From a virus (lineage: Duplodnaviria > Caudoviricetes): a stretch of DNA of 54,696 nucleotides. Positions 17,857-26,479 of the stretch are shown piece by piece. Location of the stretch: positions 1 to 54,696 of IMG/VR virus record IMGVR_UViG_3300049432_000174. One strand, given 5' to 3'. The position numbers were made by a program, and so were the translations under genes. Numbering within the stretch: the stretch's first letter is position 1; each line of letters starts with the position of its first letter. The notes below the pieces were generated by a model that saw only the letters and a program-made list of their open reading frames with translations, did not search any database and was not told the DNA's origin.

Positions 17857-18110
17857 CACTGGCCGCCTTTCTGAACCCAGTCCCGCATGAACTCCTCGGC
17901 GAAGACGACGTTCTCCCCGAGCGCTTCGTCGATGCTGTCGAGCAAGGTCTTCATGTCGTCGGTGAGTTCCTTGGCGACGGCGCCTCGTACCTTGGCGTCG
18001 GCGATGGCCCGGTCCATGGCGTCTTCGACGAGCTCGTCGATTTCGGCGGCGTGTTGTTCCTCGGCGTCGGTCCGGTTCGAGTGGTAGTGCGCCTGCTCCT
18101 GGGTGGGCAC
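17856..18110 (-). CDS. pup: Prokaryotic ubiquitin-like protein Pup homolog
   Basis: C-terminus ELTDDMKTLLDSIDEALGEN..AEEFMRDWVQKGGQ matches the Pup signature; purine-rich SD GGAAGGGGG. Confidence 0.9.
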   Translation of the reverse strand: MPTQEQAHYHSNRTDAEEQHAAEIDELVEDAMDRAIADAKVRGAVAKELTDDMKTLLDSIDEALGENVVFAEEFMRDWVQKGGQ

Positions 18111-18179
18111 GTGGCCCCCTTCCCGTTGCGGGTGCGTCCGGGTAACCGCCGGGGTCCGGGGCGGGCGCTGCTCGATGCG

Positions 18180-18353
18180 TCAGCTGGTGCGGCCGGGGCC
18201 CCAGTTGGTCCAGGCGTGGGCGCCGGCGAGAGCGGCGAGCCCGGCGGCGATGACGCGGTGGACCTGTTCGGGGTCGTGCATCGACGAGGCGAAGACGGCC
18301 ACGCCGAGGAAGCAGACGACGGCGACGATGAGGAGGACCAGGCCGCCGTTCAC
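18180..18353 (-). CDS. Small two-TM membrane protein
   Basis: Two hydrophobic helices; lysis region. Confidence 0.5.
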   Translation of the reverse strand: MNGGLVLLIVAVVCFLGVAVFASSMHDPEQVHRVIAAGLAALAGAHAWTNWGPGRTS

Positions 18354-18523
18354 GGTGCGGGGGTCGGGTCGACCGGAGCGGGAAGCACCGGGCTGTTGGT
18401 GCGGGTCATTTCGTGCACTGCGACCTCCATGATGTCGATGAGGGACTCGGTGAACTCGACGGCCCATTCCGGCCAGTCGTCGCGGGGCTGGTCCCGGAAC
18501 GCAGGCCAGAAGACAGGCGCCAT
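18350..18523 (-). CDS. Small hypothetical protein
   Basis: MAPVFWPAFRDQPRDDWPEW; fills gap with overlaps. Confidence 0.45.
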   Translation of the reverse strand: MAPVFWPAFRDQPRDDWPEWAVEFTESLIDIMEVAVHEMTRTNSPVLPAPVDPTPAP

Positions 18524-18524
18524 G

Positions 18525-18776
18525 TCAGGTGGCCACGGCCGGCACCGGTCGGCCGATCAGTTTGCGCTTCCGCCACCGCTCGATCAGGTTCTGACCGAGC
18601 GCGGCGGCGACGGTGCCCATGGTGATCATCCACGCCGTCTGGTCGGCGGTCGGATCCCAGATGTTGAAGACATGGAAGCCCTGGAGGACGAGAGCTGGGG
18701 TGAGAGCCTGCAGGCCAGTGCGGAGGACCGGGGTGGCCACCGGCCCGGCGGTGAGGATCGGCTGCTGTTCGGTCAT
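18525..18776 (-). CDS. Putative holin
   Basis: Two TM segments, basic C-terminus, lysis region. Confidence 0.65.
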   Translation of the reverse strand: MTEQQPILTAGPVATPVLRTGLQALTPALVLQGFHVFNIWDPTADQTAWMITMGTVAAALGQNLIERWRKRKLIGRPVPAVAT

Positions 18777-19468
18777 CGGTGACCTCCTGGGAGCACCACG
18801 CCGGGTGGCCCGTTCCCCGGCGTCGTAGTCGTGGTGGCTGTCGTCGTGGTGGTGGCGTCCTGGCCGGGCGGTCCCTGGGGCCCCGCCGGGCCAGGGTCGC
18901 CTTGCGGGCCGGGTGGGCCCTGCGCCCCGTCCTTGCCGTCCTGTCCGGCCTGTCCGGCCGGACCGGAAGCGCCGGGTGTTCCAGCCCTGCCCTGGTCGCC
19001 TGCCGCACCAGGGGGCCCTGGGGGCCCGACGGCGCCCTGGGGGCCGGCCACCCCGGGTAGGCCGTTGAGGCCGGCCGGTCCCGGCGGACCGCCCGCCCCC
19101 TCGGTCGGGAGGGCCGCATCGGTGATCTGCTGTCGGATCTCGCTGATCTGGCCGAGGAGGGCCTGCTGGTCAGCGAGGGAAGCGCCGTTCGTCTGGGCGG
19201 CGGCCAGGCGCTTGGTGAGTTCGTCGACCTGGACGGAGAGCTGGCCGACCTGCTGGTTGGAGATGACGAGGGCGGCGTTGACCCGGCGGCTGGTGCCCAA
19301 TGCCTTGCCCTTGGCCCACCACAGGTAGCTCGACAGTAAGAGGAGGGCGACGAGGAGACCGACGAGGCCGGTGACCAGCCAGTCGCGTTTCCCGGCTGCG
19401 GTGGAGCGGTCCATGAGGTCGGCGACGTGTACGTCGAGCTCGTCGCTGCGGGCAGTCGGGTTCGGCAT
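18773..19468 (-). CDS. Membrane-anchored coiled-coil plus collagen-like protein
   Basis: TM helix, coiled coil, Gly-X-Y repeats, Thr run. Confidence 0.75.
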   Translation of the reverse strand: MPNPTARSDELDVHVADLMDRSTAAGKRDWLVTGLVGLLVALLLLSSYLWWAKGKALGTSRRVNAALVISNQQVGQLSVQVDELTKRLAAAQTNGASLADQQALLGQISEIRQQITDAALPTEGAGGPPGPAGLNGLPGVAGPQGAVGPPGPPGAAGDQGRAGTPGASGPAGQAGQDGKDGAQGPPGPQGDPGPAGPQGPPGQDATTTTTATTTTTPGNGPPGVVLPGGHR

Positions 19469-19653
19469 CAGCGCTCCCCGGGGCCGCCGCACGGACGCAG
19501 GTCGCGCCGCAGTTCTTCTCCTGCGAGCCAGAGCGCCTCGGTAGCGGGCGCCTGGATCCCCTCGTGGCGGGCTCGGCGATAGTTGAGGACCAGCGTCACG
19601 GCCACCCAGGACGTAAGTCCGCTGACGGCGCAGGCGATGAGGAAGGCAGTCAT
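19468..19653 (-). CDS. Small membrane protein
   Basis: N-terminal TM helix. Confidence 0.5.
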   Translation of the reverse strand: MTAFLIACAVSGLTSWVAVTLVLNYRRARHEGIQAPATEALWLAGEELRRDLRPCGGPGER

Positions 19654-19961
19654 CAGCGCTCCAGGAGGTGTTGGCGCAGCGCGGTCAGTTCGGCGCTGAG
19701 CACGACGATCTCGGCTCGGCTGGCGGCCAGGTCGTCGCCGACCGTGGTGAGGGTGGTTTTCACGGCGGCCAGTTCAGCGGCCTGCGCTTTGAGGGCGGCG
19801 GTCAGGTCGTGGCGGATCGATTCGCTCGCTTCCCAGAGGACACTGGCTTCGGAGGTGCGGATCCGCCCGGATGTTTTGCGGTGGGCGGCGATGTAGGTGG
19901 CGGCCCCACCGGCGGCGGTGCCGACGATTGCTGCGATGGCGGGGAGCCAGTCGCCCGTCAC
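19653..19961 (-). CDS. TM plus coiled-coil lysis-region protein (holin-like)
   Basis: N-terminal TM helix then coiled coil, after endolysin. Confidence 0.65.
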   Translation of the reverse strand: MTGDWLPAIAAIVGTAAGGAATYIAAHRKTSGRIRTSEASVLWEASESIRHDLTAALKAQAAELAAVKTTLTTVGDDLAASRAEIVVLSAELTALRQHLLER

Positions 19962-20030
19962 GCATCGCCCGTCAGTACGTCCGACGGGCCGGCATGTCCG
20001 GCGTGGCTTTCGGCGGCGGAGATTGGCGGT

Positions 20031-20837
20031 TCACCTCGGTGCCCAGACGACGCGGCCGGCGTAGGCGATCGTGCCGAAGGCGAAGATGCCGCCGTCGCGG
20101 CCCATCAGGATGAGGCCCTTCCCGTCCACGGAGACGTCGGCGGCGACGATCGGCTGGTTGAGTGGCGTCCCTCCCACGGAGCCGAGGAACGGGGCACCGC
20201 CGAAGGCGAAGACGCCGCCGTCGGCGGTCACCTCCCAGTAGCCGCCGGTCGGGCAGCACACGATGGCGACCGGTTCGGCGTTGACGGTCGGGTTGGGGTC
20301 GTCAGCCACGTGCCCTCCTGGGAGTTTGGTGCGGACGAGCGCCATGAACGGCTTGCCCGGGAAGTTGGGGCCGGGGTCGGTGTGGTCGGTCTCGTGGAAG
20401 GCGAGGCTGACCTGGGCGTGGGTGGTGACACCGCGCTGGCCGGCCCGTAGTCCAGCGGCGTCGACGAATTCGGCGGGGAGTTTGTAGGTGGCGAGCCAGT
20501 CAGCCACGATGGTCGCCGCCCGGCCGAGCATGGCCCGGCTGTAGGGGTCGTCCCACTCGATCGGTGTCTGGCGGGCGTAGCCGGCCATCTCGAGCTGCAG
20601 TCCGTTGTGATTGGCCCTCGGCGCCGCCCAGGCCACGTCCTTGTCGAGGACGCAGCGGACCTCGGAGTCGGAATCGCAGGCCACGTGGCAGCTCGCTTTC
20701 GTGGCGGTGGTGGCGAAGTAGTTGGCCACGCCTTCGGCCGACGTGGCCGTCTCCGGTACCTCGGCATCGTGGAGGACGACGAGATCGATGATCCGGCCGT
20801 TCGTTTTGGTGAACCAGCGCGCCGGCACGATCTCCAC
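20031..20837 (-). CDS. Endolysin, N-acetylmuramoyl-L-alanine amidase (Amidase_2) with C-terminal GYW repeats
   Basis: [32 protein letters not shown]; [15 protein letters not shown]. Confidence 0.9.
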   Translation of the reverse strand: MEIVPARWFTKTNGRIIDLVVLHDAEVPETATSAEGVANYFATTATKASCHVACDSDSEVRCVLDKDVAWAAPRANHNGLQLEMAGYARQTPIEWDDPYSRAMLGRAATIVADWLATYKLPAEFVDAAGLRAGQRGVTTHAQVSLAFHETDHTDPGPNFPGKPFMALVRTKLPGGHVADDPNPTVNAEPVAIVCCPTGGYWEVTADGGVFAFGGAPFLGSVGGTPLNQPIVAADVSVDGKGLILMGRDGGIFAFGTIAYAGRVVWAPR

Positions 20838-20866
20838 GGCCCGGATGCTCGCCCGCGGCTAGCGCC

Positions 20867-21655
20867 TCAGCGGTAGGCGTTGGGGCCGGGGAGGCGTGGC
20901 GCGGTGCGGCCGAGGCGGGGCGCGCCCCCGAGAGCGTCGGCCCGTTGGAACTGGCGGAGCGGCAATGGGTCGCAGGGGACCGGAATGCCGGGCAGGATGA
21001 CCTGGATCCCGAATGTGTTGAGGACGTCAGCGGAGGGGCTGCTCAGGTCGGTGAATGCCGTCGACATGAGCACGGTCGGGCTGGATCGGCAGTCCGGATG
21101 GAGCGCCACGACGGACATCGTCGGGTAGTGGGACCCGATCGAGTATTGAGCCTGCCAACCGGGCAGCGTCGGCGGCGTGGAGTAGGAGATGCCGAAGAGG
21201 CCGTAGCCTTTCGACGCCATGAAGACCAGGGCGACGTCCCCGGGCGTGATCGACGAGTCGGTGATCCCGGGGGCGGTGGCAGGAGAGAAATAGCCGCTGA
21301 CCGTGCCGACGCCAACGAGTGTGGGCGCAGCGATGAGGCCCCGGACGACGACGACAATCGCAGCAGGGATGCCGTATCCGGCGCTGCTTCCGGCGTTGTT
21401 GACGGTCCAGGAGGTGGGGTCACCGGTGTGCCACTGGCGGCACCAGAGCTGCATGGTTCCGGCGGCGTCGACGGTCTGGTCGAGGAGCGTCCACCCGGCC
21501 GGGGCCGCCCATGCCCACAGTGTGACGTTCGGCGGGAACATCTGGAAGGCGAACACCCAGTCGCCGTCGCTGGGCCCGACCGAGCCGGTAGGTGTGAGCA
21601 GGCTGGAGATGTTGACCGGGAGACCGGAGCTGAACCCGACGAGCTCGATCGTCAT
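20867..21655 (-). CDS. Minor tail protein
   Basis: APAGWT, TAPGIT, GDVALVF repeats; end of tail operon. Confidence 0.6.
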   Translation of the reverse strand: MTIELVGFSSGLPVNISSLLTPTGSVGPSDGDWVFAFQMFPPNVTLWAWAAPAGWTLLDQTVDAAGTMQLWCRQWHTGDPTSWTVNNAGSSAGYGIPAAIVVVVRGLIAAPTLVGVGTVSGYFSPATAPGITDSSITPGDVALVFMASKGYGLFGISYSTPPTLPGWQAQYSIGSHYPTMSVVALHPDCRSSPTVLMSTAFTDLSSPSADVLNTFGIQVILPGIPVPCDPLPLRQFQRADALGGAPRLGRTAPRLPGPNAYR

Positions 21656-21674
21656 CGGAGATCCGCCATCAAGG

Positions 21675-24533
21675 TCAGGTCGGCGGAGGGGTGAGCGACG
21701 GGTACAGGTTGCCGCTCACGGCACAGGTGACGGGGGCCCACAGGGCGACCCACAGCCAAGGCGGCACGAGCGAGGTGAAGTCCCAGGTGGCGGCGTCGCG
21801 CAACAGGCCGGTGACGGAGCCGCCGGCGTCTTCGGCGCCGGGTGAGTAGCCGGCGCTCTGGCCGTCCTGGCCCCAGGCGATCAACAGGCCGCGTTGGGTG
21901 AACTGGTCGGACCACCCGCCGGCGGAAGTGTCGAAGGCGAGGGGGTCGGGGACGACGGCGCTGAGGTCGGCGGGGGTGATCGGCCCGGAGAAGATCGCGG
22001 CGGCGAACGACGACGTGGGCGCGGCGGTGACGATGTGGGTGTCACCGACGGTGCCTTGTTCGGCGACGGGGATCCGGATGACGGACCACAGGCCGCCTTC
22101 GAGGATGAAGTAGGGGATGATCCCGGCGCCGGCGGGGATGTCCCACGGAGCCGCGGTGTCGGGGATGATGCGGCTGGCGCGGTGGTTCTGCGATACGCGT
22201 CGGACGGGGTCGGTGGTGGACCGGTTCCGGGTGCGGATGGCGTGGACGGTGATCAGGTCGCGGGCGTGTTCATCGACGGTGAGCGTGACGGCCCGGCCTT
22301 TGGTGTCCCACGCGATCTGGGCCTGGGCGATGTGCAACATGACGTCGCGACCTTCGTAGCCTTGCAACAGGAGGTTCATCCCGGCCCGCAGGTCGTAGCG
22401 GGACATCTCGTTGACGTCGGCGGTGAGCGTGACGGTGCCGACCACGGCAGGGGTCGAGTCGCGGGCGAGCTCGGCGCGGGCGGAGATTCCGGCGGCGACC
22501 CGGTCGACATGCTCCCCGAAGCTCTCCCACCGCTCGACCCGCAACACCGACCGGTCGAACATCGGGTTGGCGCCGACCTGGGCACCGAACGCGTCGAACA
22601 GGAACGGCTCGACGGTGGGGAGCTCGGCGACGGGTGCGACGTAGGCGCCGGTGAGATCGCCGCTGTTGGCGCCGGTGACGAACGTGGCGGCCCAGGTCTG
22701 GGCACCGACCCGGCCAGTGACCTCCAGGCCGTTGGCGGCTTGGAACGCCCGGGCGGTGTCCTGCGCCTGCCCGTCGAAGCTGGTACCGACGTTGATCTTC
22801 CAGCCGGCGTCGCGCATCGCCTGCGTCCACGTCGCCACGCTGGCGTGGACCGTGCCCAGCTTGAGGACGACGCCGGGCCACACCGGCGGCGCGACGGGCC
22901 GCAGGTTGGGGTACTTCGAGTTGCGCCACGTGTGCCCGGCGGCGTCGGTCCCTTCGCCGTAGATGACGCTCGGGCTGGTCGTCTGGTCGACGTGGAGGTT
23001 CATGGCCACCCCGGGCTGACCGACCCGGACAGTGGCGTGGACCTGCCACCGGTTCTTGAGGCGGACGTCAGGGATCCGCCCCGGCCGCTTCATCAGCGTC
23101 CACCCCTGCCATTCGCCGCTGTTGCCGGGGACCGACCCGTGGAAGACGGCGCTACCGAAGGAGAACACACCGCCGTCTTCGGCCACGACCCAGTAGCCGC
23201 CCCCGGGCGCGGCGATGATCCCCGACGCCGGTGCGTTGATCGGGTCGGGGGTGTTCCCGGCGAAGACCGCGTCGCCGTAGGCGTAGACGTGGCCGGAGTC
23301 GTCGACGAGCCAGTAGCCGAGCCCGGTGGCGGTCGCCGCCATCTCCACGATGGCGGTCGCGCCCGCCCCGCCACCTTCGTAGGACGCGTCGCCGTAGGCG
23401 TAGACGTGGCCGGTGTCGTCGACGAGCCAGTAACCGAGCCCCGTCGGGGTCCCCTCGATGTCGACGATGGCGGTCGTGCCGGCGCCGCCGCCGTGGTAGC
23501 TGGCATCCCCGAAGCCGTAGACGGCCCCCAGATCGTCGACGAGCCAGTAGCCGAGCCCCGTCGGGGTTGCGGCCATCCCGATCACCGCCGATGTCGGCGT
23601 GGCCTCCTCGCCGTGGAACAGGGCGTCACCGAAGGAGAACACCCCGCCATCCTCCGCGCACAGCCAGTAGCCGAAACCCGTCGGGGTGGTCGCCATGCCG
23701 GACACGGCGTTGTTGAGGGGCCGTCCGACCATGCTCCCGCCGTAGAACGTGCGCCCCTCGAACGCGATGACGGTGCCGTCCTCGGCGGCGACCCAGTAGC
23801 CGCCACCATCGGGGCGGGACGCGATCCCGACCACGGCGAACCCGAGCCCGGGCAGCGGCGCGACGGCCGCCTGGCCCAGCAGATCCTGCACGTACCCGTT
23901 GATGAGTTGGGTGCCGGATCCTTTCGAGGCGAGGAGCACACCGGTCGCCACCTCAGCGCAGACCCCGAGGTGCACGGTGCCCGCAGTGGAGCGACTGTTG
24001 AGCTCCGTGGCGATGAGCGTGCCGACGTCGAGAGCCGGTTGGTTCGGGTCGTCGGTGATGGCGAACCCGGGCGGTTTGATGAGCAGATCGGCGGCGTAGA
24101 TCGCGCCGAGGCAGTGGACGACCCGGCTGAAGCCGGTGGAGTCCCCCACGTTCACCTCGCGTACGAGGGCCCGTCCTTCGAAGATCGGGTTGTCATGATC
24201 AGCGGTCCCGTCCGGCCGGACGTGGTAGATGTCGACGTCGACCCCATTGCGCAACCACGACAGCGACCCGGTCCCGGGTGGCTCGAACGGGCCGATCATC
24301 CCGAAGATCAGATCGACCGTGCTGTCCCCGAACGGTTCGTTCCACGTCATCGTGCCCAGCTGGGTGTACTTGTCGCGGAAGAAGGTGACGTCCACTCCGT
24401 CGACGACGATCTGCCAGCGGCCCCACTCCTCCTCCACGCTCGAGGTGGGCACCCACCCGACCGGGAACCCGTTGGCGTCGAGGGTGGGGGCCGGGTAGAT
24501 GTCGGAGCGGCGCGTCAGGTTGACGGTCGTCAC
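21675..24533 (-). CDS. Large tail-tip protein with GYWLV repeats and a peptidoglycan-binding domain
   Basis: Six GYW(L/V)-x-DxG repeats; AFQAANGLEVTGRVGAQTW; likely GTG start 24533. Confidence 0.8.
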   Translation of the reverse strand: MTTVNLTRRSDIYPAPTLDANGFPVGWVPTSSVEEEWGRWQIVVDGVDVTFFRDKYTQLGTMTWNEPFGDSTVDLIFGMIGPFEPPGTGSLSWLRNGVDVDIYHVRPDGTADHDNPIFEGRALVREVNVGDSTGFSRVVHCLGAIYAADLLIKPPGFAITDDPNQPALDVGTLIATELNSRSTAGTVHLGVCAEVATGVLLASKGSGTQLINGYVQDLLGQAAVAPLPGLGFAVVGIASRPDGGGYWVAAEDGTVIAFEGRTFYGGSMVGRPLNNAVSGMATTPTGFGYWLCAEDGGVFSFGDALFHGEEATPTSAVIGMAATPTGLGYWLVDDLGAVYGFGDASYHGGGAGTTAIVDIEGTPTGLGYWLVDDTGHVYAYGDASYEGGGAGATAIVEMAATATGLGYWLVDDSGHVYAYGDAVFAGNTPDPINAPASGIIAAPGGGYWVVAEDGGVFSFGSAVFHGSVPGNSGEWQGWTLMKRPGRIPDVRLKNRWQVHATVRVGQPGVAMNLHVDQTTSPSVIYGEGTDAAGHTWRNSKYPNLRPVAPPVWPGVVLKLGTVHASVATWTQAMRDAGWKINVGTSFDGQAQDTARAFQAANGLEVTGRVGAQTWAATFVTGANSGDLTGAYVAPVAELPTVEPFLFDAFGAQVGANPMFDRSVLRVERWESFGEHVDRVAAGISARAELARDSTPAVVGTVTLTADVNEMSRYDLRAGMNLLLQGYEGRDVMLHIAQAQIAWDTKGRAVTLTVDEHARDLITVHAIRTRNRSTTDPVRRVSQNHRASRIIPDTAAPWDIPAGAGIIPYFILEGGLWSVIRIPVAEQGTVGDTHIVTAAPTSSFAAAIFSGPITPADLSAVVPDPLAFDTSAGGWSDQFTQRGLLIAWGQDGQSAGYSPGAEDAGGSVTGLLRDAATWDFTSLVPPWLWVALWAPVTCAVSGNLYPSLTPPPT

Positions 24534-24829
24534 GGGATCGGCCCCGTCGGGCCTGTCACCCCGGTCGGCGCTGTCGGCCCAGTGGCGGAGAAGACGGTCG
24601 GAGGGGGCACGACCGCCGGTGGGACCTGGAGGCCGACGAGGAGGCGGATGTCGACGTTGAGTCGCTGGGACCGGTCGGCGTCCCACGTCTCGAGCTCCGA
24701 CGGCGCGGAGAAGAGCAGGTTCGCGGGGAGGACGATGTCGACGTCGAGGTAACCGACGAGGTTCTGCGGCGACGCTCCGGCAGCGCCGCCGTAGGCGACC
24801 CCGCCGTAGCTACCCGAGCCGTAGGGCAT
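24530..24829 (-). CDS. Small minor tail protein
   Basis: MPYGSGSYGGVAYGG...; coupled on both sides. Confidence 0.55.
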   Translation of the reverse strand: MPYGSGSYGGVAYGGAAGASPQNLVGYLDVDIVLPANLLFSAPSELETWDADRSQRLNVDIRLLVGLQVPPAVVPPPTVFSATGPTAPTGVTGPTGPIP

Positions 24830-25599
24830 CAGCCACGAAGGATGTAGAGCCGGGCGAACTCGACGGAGGCGGCCTGATCGGTGTTGTTCTCGAAATACGG
24901 CGAGATGATGGTCCCCGCTGGGTAGAACGACCGTTTGATGACGACCGGGTCGTAGCCGGCGCTGGCGATGTCCCACGACAGGTAGCCGATCATGAACGGG
25001 TCGAGGCCATAGGTGGTGCTCGCCGAGACGTCCACGAACCCGGACGTCGGTGGGGTCACCCACGTGGCGTAGGCGTCGACCTCGATGGTGTAGTTGTCGT
25101 CTTCGGTGAGGGTCACTGCCTGGGTCACAGGGTCGTAACTGGCCCAGTCGGCGTCGGCTTCGACGGTGTCGAGGAGCACGCCGATTGCGCCGCCGGCGCC
25201 AACGGCGAGCGCGACGGGAGACGCTGAGTTCCGCCGGCGGATGTAATGGTCGCCGGGGGTTGGCGGCAGATCGCTGACGGTGGGGCCGTGGACGACCGGT
25301 GCGTCGATGATATGGGCTGCGCCGGTCGATCCTTCCTGGGCCCGCAGGATCGTCCCGGTGGTCGACCCGGCGGTGTAGGCGGTGAGCCACACGATTTCGA
25401 GGACGTTGGTGTCGGGGTCGATGACGAGGGGGAGATAGTCGGGGTCGGCGATGGTGGGCACCGCCACCGCACCGGAGTGCTTGAGGGCGCCGGGGAATGT
25501 GATGCCGGTACCGGTCGGGTTGGTGATCGCCGCGCCGAGCGTGGGCGGGGCGGTGGCGCAGAGGAGCCCGTCGACCCTGATCCTGTTCGTGGGGGCCAT
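24829..25599 (-). CDS. Minor tail protein
   Basis: EIVWLTAY..TILRAQEGSTGAAH. Confidence 0.7.
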   Translation of the reverse strand: MAPTNRIRVDGLLCATAPPTLGAAITNPTGTGITFPGALKHSGAVAVPTIADPDYLPLVIDPDTNVLEIVWLTAYTAGSTTGTILRAQEGSTGAAHIIDAPVVHGPTVSDLPPTPGDHYIRRRNSASPVALAVGAGGAIGVLLDTVEADADWASYDPVTQAVTLTEDDNYTIEVDAYATWVTPPTSGFVDVSASTTYGLDPFMIGYLSWDIASAGYDPVVIKRSFYPAGTIISPYFENNTDQAASVEFARLYILRG

Positions 25600-25600
25600 G

Positions 25601-26023
25601 TCAGGTGCCCGGGCCGGTGATGACGAAGGCGCCGGCGGGGAATCGTGGCGGGTCGGAGGCGGCGTCGATGGCCCGGTGGGTTTGGAGTTCGACCCCGGCC
25701 CGGTAGCCAGTGGGGCCGGTCACCCCGTGGTCGTAGACGGCGGCCCACCCGACGGTCCCCCACGGCCCGGTCGGCTGCGGGAAGGTGATGGCGGTCCCGT
25801 TGGCTTTCTGGCGGGCGGCGGCGGCCGGCCAGTTCGTGTCGTCGTTGTCGACTTCGACTCGGGCGTAGCTCGGCCCTGTCGGCTCGGTCACATTCGATCC
25901 GCTGTTGGTCGGGGCGGTGGTCGACAAGGCGATGTCGTACGACGCTGGGAGCCCGGAGTCGTGGCCGGATCCGAAGAGGAGGTCGAGCACGAGGTTCATG
26001 GTGTCGTCCGAGAGGCGCCCCAT
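25601..26023 (-). CDS. Tail/fibre-associated structural protein
   Basis: IALSTTAP..EPTGPSYARV..ANGTAITFPQPTGPWGTV. Confidence 0.75.
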   Translation of the reverse strand: MGRLSDDTMNLVLDLLFGSGHDSGLPASYDIALSTTAPTNSGSNVTEPTGPSYARVEVDNDDTNWPAAAARQKANGTAITFPQPTGPWGTVGWAAVYDHGVTGPTGYRAGVELQTHRAIDAASDPPRFPAGAFVITGPGT

Positions 26024-26032
26024 GGCTGCTCC

Positions 26033-26479
26033 TTAGAACGGGCCGGCGAGGGCGGTCGGGTAGCGGTCGAACGTGACGGGGATGATCGCGGCGCGGGCGT
26101 AGACCATCTTGCGGTTGAAGCGCATCCCGTAGGACTTGCGGCGACACGACCAGGAGTACGTGGTTGATGCCACGGTCAGGTCGACCACGAATGCTTTTTG
26201 GGTGAAGGCGGCGAGGACGGCGCCGATGTTGGCTTGGACGGCGCTGTGGTCGGCGCCTCGGACCAGGATCCGCATCTGTTCGGTGACCATCCCGCGGATG
26301 TCGTGGGTGACGACGTTGCCTTCCACGAACGGGGAGGAGACGAGTTCCTGATCGTAGGAAGCGAATGCTTCGGTGATCCCGTCGTCGTCGATTTTGAAGT
26401 CGCCGGTGCCGTCGATAGCGAGCGGCCCGAGCGAGAGCGAAGCCCGGTACACAGTGACGGAGCCGGCCTGGGCGACCAT
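26033..26479 (-). CDS. Distal tail (Dit-like) protein
   Basis: Immediately downstream of tape measure gene; size. Confidence 0.55.
   Translation of the reverse strand: MVAQAGSVTVYRASLSLGPLAIDGTGDFKIDDDGITEAFASYDQELVSSPFVEGNVVTHDIRGMVTEQMRILVRGADHSAVQANIGAVLAAFTQKAFVVDLTVASTTYSWSCRRKSYGMRFNRKMVYARAAIIPVTFDRYPTALAGPF

Noticed and set aside
21894-24752. Long antisense ORFs (952 aa here; also 5860-7602, 15429-17060, 29922-32189, 43462-45015)
   Set aside because: Shadow frames of real genes in high-GC DNA, with no recognisable motifs.
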